From Antedon mediterranea (taxonomy: Eukaryota; Animalia; Echinodermata), in NCBI RefSeq assembly GCF_964355755.1, contig NC_092677.1, positions 14,034,101 to 14,098,100 on the forward strand: a DNA stretch of 64,000 nt. Reading direction: 5' to 3'. Positions 29,449 through 39,919 of the stretch are shown one piece after another (the stretch's first letter is position 1; each line of letters opens with the position of its first letter). The notes beneath the pieces are model-generated. The model worked only from the letters and a program-made list of their open reading frames with translations, was not told the origin of the DNA and did not search any database. The position numbers and the translations under genes were made by a program.

Positions 29449-31688
29449 TTACAGGGCGCAGGGTATCAGTTTCCGTAGGCCTACATGTGCATCAATATCT
29501 GAAAGGTTATTTAATTGAATAACAATATATTTGGACTGAAGATAATTTGCATCATATATCTTCAACGTATTTAATAGCGTATCAGAAAATGTGCAATACA
29601 TCAATAAATAAAAACCTTCTAAAGGATAGAAGTTGATAATGTTACCTAATAATTCTCTATTAAAATAGTTTAATTTCAAAAACATTTTACTGTTTTTACA
29701 TTTGGGTGGTTGATCTCTTATTTCGAGAATCTTTTTTTTTGATACAACATAATCGTCTTCCTCTCCCCGGTGAATTTGATCAATACGACATTGACGATAT
29801 TCTTTTTTGTTGAAATAGAAGTTTGTTATGTTTAACCAACCGTACGTAGGTAATTTAGGTAAATGTATTTTTTCCTTTAAATGATACCTCCGCCATTCTT
29901 TTGAGATAATTTTAATAGCTGTATCACCCCATTTTTCAACTAACATAAGCAAATATAAATCGCACATTTTTTCATAACATACCGTGTCTTCTGGCGCGTG
30001 TAGTTGCATTATTATTAAAAGGTGTGCCACGAGCCTGCAAACAGTTTCAGATGATTTCTTAGTTGATTCATTTATTAATACATTTACTTTGCGTGTTACG
30101 TTTTTTGGATATTCTGTAAGTTCCTTATACAGCAATTGCAAAAGCTGTATGCAGTGTGAATTGTTGTGAGTATAAATTATTTTCAAGGAATTTCTAAAAC
30201 GTTCAACTTGTACTTTCATTTCTGCGGACATGTGTTTATCTAGTGATTCCAATAACCTTTCGTTATGATCTTGGTTTACATATTGAAAAAATTTGGAAAA
30301 AGAGTAATAATTTGAAGCATTGTTCACCAACCAGTGTTTCATGATTTTGTCTGCATCCAGACCTAGAAAACTTATTGTAAAAGCTGTTGTCATATGTAAA
30401 TAATTGTTTGTCCTTAATTCTTCACTTTCTTTAAAATCTAAAGTCTCAAATTGATATTTGTGGGACAAGTAAAATCCCGCTAGTGCTTCGGCCAATAACT
30501 TATGTGGATATCGGTAAGTATCCAAAAACCTATCCTGAACAATAGGGTTATCTATGTAAACAAATCCCAATTTAAGTGATAAGTCAACTAATGTTTCATT
30601 TTTTACTAGCTCTCTTAATTTCAATTTAGTAAAATGAAGTACATTTTTCTGTAGAATTGTATAACTAATATTTCCTAATATTAGAATGGAATGTTTAAAT
30701 TCAGGTGGAATGTGGTCAAGTGTTTCTATCGCTTTTGTAGTACCCCTTCTGTTAATGTATTGATTTAAAATGCAACGGAAAATTTCTTTAAAAAGGTCCT
30801 GAAGATTGTTAGGAACTTTTTGTTCGTGTTCCCATATGGTACACATTTTAAGTAAAAAATATGGAAATGGCAAGAGTTCAAATATTGTTTTGTAATCACC
30901 ACCCCAATCTTCTTCAAATTCCGAATTAAGTTTCAACTCTTCAATCAATGATTCACCAAGTGTATGATTTCTAATAAGTTTGAAATATTTGTTAATAAAT
31001 TGTTTTATGTTTTTTTCAGTAAACCCTTGTACTTTTACATATAAATCGCAATGTTTTTTAAGTAATTTTACTGTAAACCCCGGTCGTGATGTAATGATAG
31101 CTATGCTTTCTCTCAGTTCGGTACCTTCTAATAACTTGTCTGGTCCTACGACACCATCTTCTAACTCATCTAATCCATCTAACAGCACAATTAATTCCCT
31201 GTCGTATTTCTCTATAAACATTTTTATAATGGTTTTATTTTCTGGAAAACTAGTATTTTTACTAAAAATATTTAGTGGAACTTCATCAACAATCATATCT
31301 GTAATTGTCTGACCCGCTTTGATGTCTCTGATGTTGATAAGAAATAATATTTTACCAGTAAATGTAGAATGTGAATCAGTTGCCCAGTTGTAAGATATAT
31401 ACTGAAGTAATGTAGTTTTACCAACTCCTCCTTCTCCTGTCATGCATACTTTACATGAGTCCATAGACTTGATAATACCCAATAGTTTCTCAAATGATGT
31501 GTGATTACAGATTTTTAGATGTGGGTATTTATCCTTCTTTAATATCTTTGGAATCAATTTTGGATCAGTAAACATTAATGAAATATTGTATTCATTTTCA
31601 AAGTGAGAGTTCCACGTCGGCGGTTTTATGTTTGGATTATGAAATTTCCTTTTCTGTTCGGCTGTTAGAAAGTTTCGGATAATTTCAT
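29449..31688 (-). CDS. NACHT NTPase plus helical-domain exon, with only a degenerate LRR remnant
   Basis: Walker A GEGGVGKTT, Walker B IVLLDGLDE, sensor IITSRP, VQGF, and winged-helix YPHKLLAEALAG. Confidence 0.92.
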
Positions 31689-34600
31689 CTGAAAAGGTAA
31701 ATAATTGTTATTTATTATTCTCTTCTAGTTATCATTTGGCCTACTATCATTTTACAGCTGAAATACTGTAATTACAACTTCTTATATCAACACTTATAAA
31801 CATGCTTATTTCAAAAATTTAATACAATCTTCATTTTCTTTGATTTGTCCAAGCCAATATCTCACTACTGTATATAAACTATCTATCTAAGAATTTCGTA
31901 ATTATTATGTGATTGGGTGAAGATTGGTTTTGCCACATATACGTAAGTATGTATGTAACCATAACATTGCAATTAAAGTTTATTGTAATGTAAAATCGGC
32001 ATAAATGTTCTGTGGTCAATACGAAACAAAAATGTGATGCAAATTCATTTCCCATTGTTGTGTTCCACAGGATTCCATTCTTGGTCTAATACTTGTTAAT
32101 ATATCTATGAAGAATGATCTCAATCCAAATGCTACAAAATATTCGCATTAGACATTACATTTGTATTTATTATGCAAATTATATGTTTTAAAATAATCTT
32201 TTTAGATTCTTTAAGATTTATTATTAATCAGAAATGTCACATAGGTATTACTGTAGACATATTGAATCTAAAAAATTTGGATTATCCAAAAATGAAAAAT
32301 ATAATATTATACGCTTGTAGAATGTTGTCGAGTACAGAAACTCAAAATTATTCATTTGTTATAAAAGAATGTACACAGTTTGGCCTCTTCTCATATTCTT
32401 TTATTCTAATCCATCCGTGTTTGCAATCTATATTATAAAATGAATTATTATTGTTTGTTTAATTCAAAAGGAAGTCACTCATATTGTACACGGTGTACTA
32501 ACCTCTTCCAAACCATCCCCTCACCAACCCCAACTATTTTAACAATTTATTTTATCTTTTAAAATAAATCTGAAATCCGTATTGAATTTAAATTAATTAC
32601 TAAACCCTTATAATTGGAAAGAACACAATTCTCTAATTACATTATTATTGTTATTAATTTTCAAATTACAATATGTATTAACATTATTAATACAATATCA
32701 AATTATTGATTATTTATTTGTCATTTTATTTGTTTAGTTATTATATTTGCCTATTATACAATATAAGTATTACATCAAGGGTTATACTGCACAAATAAGT
32801 TATTAAATTTAGTTCTTGATGTGTTTTTTGTTTTTTATTCAATACATTACCAACCCATGTTTTTTAACTCCTCATTTTTCACGATTGCCAATTATGTATC
32901 CTTCATGAAATAACGATAACTGTACTTACCTTCTGTTAGTGTTCTAGCGTCTAATTCTTCACTTTGGTCTCCTAACATATATTTATTCTTGCCAGCCACT
33001 CTGATGTTGTATAGTTTCGCTGATGACAGTTCTTTGATTGTGTACATTTGAAAATCTTTTTCATTTTTATTCTCTGATGAAATAATATTTTTTTTAAAGA
33101 AATAAAGCACACATTCTGTATCAATATCAACCAATAGCTTATTATTTATTTTACTTAATTTATGTAGACTTACTGTAATCAAACATTTCGAAATCACCAA
33201 CATACTGACGCTCACTTTTATATCTAAAGCTGATGTTGTAGGCAACTAGGTCAAGACCACCGGTGTATTCAGGGTCTTCTATTCGTAGTGTGATGGAATT
33301 GAGATTTTGTTCCAACAGTGTGACTGTAGGCGCATTTGGTGGATCTATAATTCAATTAACATTTAAAAGATAAATAAAATAGAAATTAAATTAACTATAC
33401 TTACAGTATGCTGTATAATAGGCAAAACAAAAATTTTGTTTATAAAAAAGACAAAATTAACAATTAAATTTAACCAAAAACCTATTGAATTCCAAACCAA
33501 TAGGCCTAGGTTTGAAATATAAATAAAATTCAAAATAAATAAAATACTTATGCTGTATAATAGGTAAACAAATATATACAAAAATGAGTCTACTTATATA
33601 CAAGACAAAATAAACATTTAAATTTACACTTTTTATTGACTTCCAGACCATATGTTTAGACAATATGTTAAAGATAAATAAAATACAAAATAAATAAAAT
33701 ACTTATGATGTATAATAGCCACAAAAAAAAAAGATTATACTTATAAAAAAGACAAAATAAACATTTTAATTTAATCAAAAACCCATTGACTTCCAGACAA
33801 TAGGTTTCAGTACTTTACAATTTGTATAATTTGTCAATTCTGTCACATGTGATGATAGGCTATGCCATTATATGACTAACCAAAACATGATGCAGAGATT
33901 TCGATCATGGTTGTGCATCTGATTCTTCTTGTATCTAGAATTATGCAGTAGGCCTTCTCATAAGAATTCCGGAATATAGCATCACGTGTTTCGCGTGTAT
34001 CATCTAGTATCATCAACCATAACATAACCTAACCTAACCATAAAAAAGATAAATCATTACCCCCAATAGGCCTGGCAGCAATGAAAGCGATGACAACAGC
34101 GATTAAAGCGATGACAACAGCGATTAAAGCGATGACAATAGCAACATCCAGTGCTACTGTATAAAGAAACAAATGATAATAAATATCATCACAAACCGTG
34201 TACCGTACTGTACCGAATTAATGTATACAGATGTTGTTGATTAAAAATATTAGGAAATGATAATAAAACACAAAAAAGACACACAAATATACATATGAAA
34301 AGAAATACAAAGCCAAAAATATACGTTTCTGATAGTGACACGTCCGTGGATAGGCAATTACTTACCAAGTACTGACTCAAATCATGGCTCTGTCACAGTC
34401 ATGATGGCCAATAATCAATTATACTTTTGGCTTAGAAGGCATTGGTTTGTTTCTCACCTAAAATTGGTGAGGACTGTACTACCAAAGATTGTATAGCGCC
34501 GCTAAGCGGCGCTATACAATCTTTGGTAGTACCATGCGCTTAATTGTAACGAACATAGACACATTTATTTTGTTGTCAGTAGAGAATATCAAATTCAACT

Positions 34601-35895
34601 CAAATCGATTTTAAGCAAGAAACTCGAATATTCGATACAGAAAAGAATCGTTTATCTTCGATAAACGAATTAAGAATAATAATAAATGATAATAACAATC
34701 AAATGTAATTACATATTTTAATTATGATGAATAAAACAGAGAAATGTATTTCAATTTTTAGGCATTCGATTAACTATTAGAGCTCCATTCCTCGTGCCTT
34801 TAAAACCACAATGCAATCGATTAATATAAAAAATTGTTTGATTAGGGTTTAAAAAATCAATTAGATTTTTCTAACAAGTTTACATACCTGTTTTTTTTAT
34901 TGCTGTTCTTGATAAGTTTTCAACTATATCAACTTGTTGTCCACCTGTATCTATATAGCAAGTAAAGAAACATTAGGAGGCTTTTGATTCGCGACGACCG
35001 CTTATGACCAAACTACGCTGTACCACTGGGAATGATCTCTTATTTTTTACCATTACCTTTACCATCAATTAAAGACTCTATATAATTATAGACCAAAGAC
35101 CACGGTTTTCCTTCACATTTTCGCTCCAATATTAAAGACCACTTTAAGAATAAACTTAATGCATTTTTAGGGTAGTAACATCCATTGGGAATTGAAAAGA
35201 AATCAGGAAAATACACACATATGGACAGAAGGGCGAACAAACCACTTGATTACATTTACCTTTACCCTTCTTCTGAAAGTAAGAATCCATTCTGACATTT
35301 AATTTCCCCCAGAGACCTGAACGTTAAATGTGCGAATAATGTTGCAATTGTTTGAATACCTACCTAGTAATATCGTTTTTGCACCTTCATTCAACTGATT
35401 GGCAAATATATCCAACTTCATCTGTGTATCTAATTTGAGTTCTCTCTCCAGATAAAATACTAAATCCCATTTATTTTTAAATCCGTATGAACGCAGTTCG
35501 TAGAACGCAATCAATTTGTCAAAATCACCTCTCTTATTTTCAGTTATACTACACATAGCTTTATAAAGTTGTTTACGCTTTTCCTTCAAATTTGCCCAAT
35601 ACGGACCGAAACCATCATAATATTCATCAACGTCTTGTTTGTATCTCATTACACTGTCTTTTGCAGCAGTATTTTCTGTCAAGTCTGCAATTTCTGACAT
35701 AATGTTAACATCATTGTATGCGATAAGGCCTTTTTGCCGAAGTTCTGTAAATAAATCCATTCCCAAGTAGTGTTTATTAGATAATACACTAATCGATAGG
35801 TTATCATGCAGAAGAAATCTCAATTCCCGTACTTCATCCCCAGGATAGGCATTACTGAATTCTTGAAGAAAATCTCTAAATCTATCATCATCCAT
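29449..35895 (-). CDS. NLR-like protein, predicted DED-DED-TM-FN3-NACHT (about 1,080 aa). Exons 35895-35364, 34950-34888, 34156-34061, 33344-33174, 33073-32930, 31688-29449
   Basis: All junctions are GT-AG and phase 1; internal exons are 63, 96, 171 and 144 nt; no stop codons in the joined frame. Confidence 0.7.
32930..33344 (-). CDS. Fibronectin type III domain split over two exons
   Basis: DPPNAPTVTLLEQNLNSITLRIEDPEYTGGLDLVAYNISFR...YTIKELSSAKLYNIRVAGKNKYMLGDQSEELDART. Confidence 0.8.
33363..33810. repeat. Intronic AT-rich tandem repeat, about 3 diverged units of about 150 bp
   Basis: tatgctgtataatagg...aagacaaaat...attga(c/a)ttcca(g/a)ac occurs three times. Confidence 0.65.
34061..34156 (-). 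CDS. Hydrophobic (transmembrane-like) exon built on a 21-bp tandem repeat
   Basis: VALDVAIVIALIAVVIALIAVVIAFIAARPIG, with acceptor ctttatacag and donor gtaatg. Confidence 0.65.
34476..34532. repeat. Perfect palindrome with 28-bp arms and a 1-nt spacer
   Basis: gtactaccaaagattgtatagcgccgct-a-agcggcgctatacaatctttggtagtac. Confidence 0.9.
35364..35895 (-). CDS. Death-effector-domain exon (a DED followed by a second DED-like repeat)
   Basis: FRDFLQEFS...EVRELRFLL...GMDLFTELRQKGLIAYNDVNIMSEI follows the DED pattern; the second repeat reads RKQLYKAM...KWDLVFYLERE. Confidence 0.8.
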
Positions 35896-37499
35896 TATTT
35901 TATTATTACTGTCAAAGAAAGTGTAGTGTCGTTATAAATTTTTAATTTCGCTTTATTATCTTTTATACTTCACATGCTATATAGTATACAATAGTAATTA
36001 TTTCGAACATAATGCATCAATTACAATTTTAACATAATGTCTGAGAGTGCCAATGATGATTTTAGCTGCAACATATTATTTAGTACACTCTCAAGTCAAT
36101 TGTGACTCACACGCGCACCTCCCTTTTATGATATGACTTTAAAATGTTATGCGACCAGACCAATACAATGATATTATACTTTATTTTGAAACATTCAAGT
36201 TGTATTGAGGTTGACTTTGTAAGCTATTTTATTTTAATTTTATTTCAACTATCTATAATTTTCTATGGAGTAATTGGTTCATTCCTCTGTGCTTCAACCG
36301 TGCCACACAAAGTTTATATGGTATGATGTATTATGTACAATACATCCTTAATGACTGATTATGTATTTTTTTAAAGGCAAACCATTACCATCGTACCACT
36401 AATGCTTATTTAATGTAGGGGCCTATCACAGGAAATACAAGAGTATAGCCTACTGCAGTTCTTAGATAAAATCAACTGGTACATGTACACAGACCTGCAC
36501 AAATGCCATACACAGTTGGTGGTAATAGATGATTGACTAACTTTTGGATTAACTAACTTCTGTTTAGAATAGAATCATGATTCCGAAGCTGTCCACTGTG
36601 AGCCTCCACCATTCACTAGATTGCCTTGCTTAACCTCAGTTTAATATTTAAAGCAATTACCGTCTCTCATAATTACCATGTATAAACATCTTTTTCAATG
36701 TTTAACTTACCTGTACCTTCTTTTAATGGAAAATTGAAATTATTCATCAGACTCTCTATGCCGTATTTTCACAGCAACCTTGATCTTCGCGTACTTATGG
36801 AACAAGCCTACATTCTAAAACTTCCCTCTAAAACGGTACACTCTAATCCATGGTAGGCCTACGAACAGTACATTAATATTATTATAATATCTAGCAGCTT
36901 CTTTTGTTGTTACCTTACAAACTTACGTTGTGCTTCATTGCAATTTAATAAAAAAGATTGATGACAATAATAATAATAGTTCATTCTTATATAGCCCATA
37001 GGGCTTTCTATTGATAATAGTACAATGAAACTGTCGGTACGAAGTTACGATCTCTATTTGAACTATTAGTATTATATCCAAATTCCAAACCCTAAAGCAG
37101 TAGACATTGTAAAATGGAACTAACTGTATAGTTTACTTTACCCAAATTAAATATTATAGGATTCCAAAATAAAATGTTTCTATAAATTCGTTTTTGACGC
37201 TCTTTTACTGTAATTTTTGCTGAAATAGTCGAAGATTCTCATCATATATTAGTAGCCTACAGACGTATTCTTTTTTTTAATTGCTTAAATATAGGTAATT
37301 TTACTTTCTTTGACCAGAGATTCTGAAATAAAAGATTAATGAACCTGTAGAAACAGATCTTTCAAAAACTGACAGGCACATTTCCTTCTTGAGCTTGACT
37401 GAATAAAAACCGATGTTGATGTTTTTACTTTAGGCCTATTGCGACGTAGAATTTAGGGACTTCCCCTACCCTTCATAATATTATAATCAGAATAATTAA

Positions 37500-38140
37500 T
37501 TAGTGTATAGAGTGGGCGTGGCAACGTGACATGACACGAGCTGAAAAAACGAAACCCCGATAGAAGACGACGTAAGAGGGCGTAAAGAGAGCGCGGGATT
37601 TTTGGAAAAGGAGGAAAACAAGTTTAATGTCAGATCTTGTTCTAGGCTAGGCCCTAGGCCTAGGCTTAGGCTAAATTGATCAAAAGTGATGGATATTCCA
37701 GAAATCCATAGATGTTTGCATGTGAGTAAAAAGCTCAATAATTAATAAATAATGTGAATTGATTATTATTCTGAAAAAATCATCAAATTAGTTAGGCCTA
37801 GCCTACTAGCTAGGGTAGCTTTATTTAATATCGCTAGAGGGCGCTGTGTATAAGGGAACCAACAATTTAAATACAAAACATGTGTCCCTCCGCGACGGGG
37901 GAATACCTATGTTTTTTTTTGTTTTTCGGCGGACTTATTGTAGTTATGCTGGAACTACTTTCGGATATGACGTCTTGAATATTTGCCAAAAAATATAAAA
38001 TAACCTTTGACCGCGAAATATAATTTTTAGCGTATTTTACGATGGTAACAAGTTTTTGATCGGATTTTACTTACGGAAAACATTAAAGATTAAGTTTTTT
38101 GATCGCATCTCTGTTTTCCTTGGATTTTGAAATATAAAGG
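37500..38140 (+). promoter_or_regulatory. CpG-enriched promoter region and probable 5' UTR exon of the coiled-coil gene
   Basis: Local GC/CpG rise, GC-box-like gggcgtggc, CTCF-like ctagagggcgc near 37834, and donor aag|gtaagt near 38140. Confidence 0.45.
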
Positions 38141-39604
38141 TAAGTTTGTTAGATTATTATATTCCTTAGCGCAAAAATATGAGAGAGTGCGAAAAGTGAC
38201 CCTATTTAAAAATTGATTAGGCTAGGCCATTATAGAGGGCGCACTACATTTCGCCTAGGCTGATTGAGAGATTTTCCAAGGCAGGCAAAGTAAACAGATG
38301 GCGTCACCTTGTTGGCCTAGACTATTAAAGATAGTTAACTTGTCTGATTTTACTTTCTTTGTATTAAATTTACCTTTATTTTATGTTATATCCATAAAAA
38401 CAACACCAAAAGTGAAATTTTTATTTTTAGGCCTAGCAAACCATTAAATAATGTTGATTTTTTTCCCTCTTATTCCTAGGCCCTCTAGAACTTTTTTATA
38501 TTATTAATTAGTACTGTAACTAAATAATTTATTTTTATTTTAACTTTATTTAAATGTTTTTATTTATTTTCCTAGGCGTATACAGTATATAATGTGAACT
38601 AGACTTATGCTCAGCAAGACTAATTAATTAATATAGACGTGGTCAACCTTGAATATTGTTTTTATTTGTATTCCTCATTACTCAAGAAAAGTAGTTTTTT
38701 ACTATATTGTTCATTTGAACACTAATATTAACTTGGTTTTCTTTTTTTTCTTTACATTCTAGAATAAATATTTCTGCAGTTTCTGGATGATGTACAGTAA
38801 AGAAGTCCATTGAAACCAATTGACTAAAGAAGAACAACTCTATTCAAATGTTTAATGAACTGTATTTCTTATAGCCTGGAAAAGAAATTAAATCAAATTA
38901 GTTTCATATTAAACTCCACTTTGAGTATTTGATTTCCAAATTAGCACATACAGTACAAATTATCTAAACATTTACTTAAACCATGAAAGGTCTTGCGGCA
39001 TTGAAAAATGTTAATATTTGATTCCATATTCTAAATTTACTGTACTAAGCGTATGAACTTAACTGCTGACCAACATAAAATCTTGGATTTATGTAGATAT
39101 TCAATGATATCTTATGATAATAAACATACAAATATATCATTATTATATCTATTAACCTTTTAAAGTATGTTTTCTTAAAAAAATTTGGGTTTTTAGGATG
39201 GTAAATATATATTTATTAGTGTTTATTACAAATTGACCTTTGACCTCATATGTGATGACCTTTGACCTCTTGAAAAATTTAAGTACTTACTTAATTGTTG
39301 GTGTTGCCGTACTAATGTTTCGTAAGAAGTTTATTAAAAAAATATTCATACAAATGATACTTGAATTTTCTGTTGTGTATTTTTTTACATAGGCTAAATA
39401 CACACTGATTACACACAAGGGAAACAATAATAATGCATTATATAATAGGGATATCGGGTTACAAAAGGTCGACACTTAAATTGCAATATCTTTGGTGATA
39501 ATCGGCCAAATTTCATAATTTTTGTTTTAAAATGATTCTTTCACTTACCTCTATAATGTAATATTGTTTAAAAGACTGTAAATTAAATTTAAAAATTTAG
39601 GAAG

Positions 39605-39870
39605 TAACCTAGCTAGGGGTAGGCCTAGTAGGCCATCTCTACTAGGCTAGCCTATAGGGCCTAGTTCTACTACTAGGCCTAGCCTATTTATAGGCCTACT
39701 AGAGGTAGGCCTAGGCCTATAGCTAGGTACGTAGGGCCTACTACTAGGCCTAATACTCTCTCTAGTAGACCATATAGGCTAGGCCTAGTAGGTAGGCCTA
39801 CTCTAGGCTAGACCTTTTTTTACAAAAAAAAAAAAAAATCCTATTATTATATAGGCCTAGCCCTAGGCCT
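39605..39870. repeat. Low-complexity (TAGGCC/TAGGCCTA)n tract
   Basis: Seen directly. Confidence 0.8.
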
Positions 39871-39919
39871 ATTATTACTGTATTATTATAGTAACATTTT
39901 ATTGCCTTTTATTTCCTAG

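Noticed and set aside
32340-32428. Possible exon DCKHGWIRIKEYEKRPNC resembling a C-type lectin start
   Set aside because: It runs into stops and has no convincing donor.
32892-33245. 117-aa ORF as a single exon, or a frameshifted FN3
   Set aside because: Better explained as two in-phase exons separated by a 100-nt GT-AG intron (33173-33074).
39198-39201. Possible 4-nt start-codon micro-exon (ttttag|GATG|gtaaat) in frame with exon 39920
   Set aside because: Plausible, but such a short match is expected by chance without transcript data.
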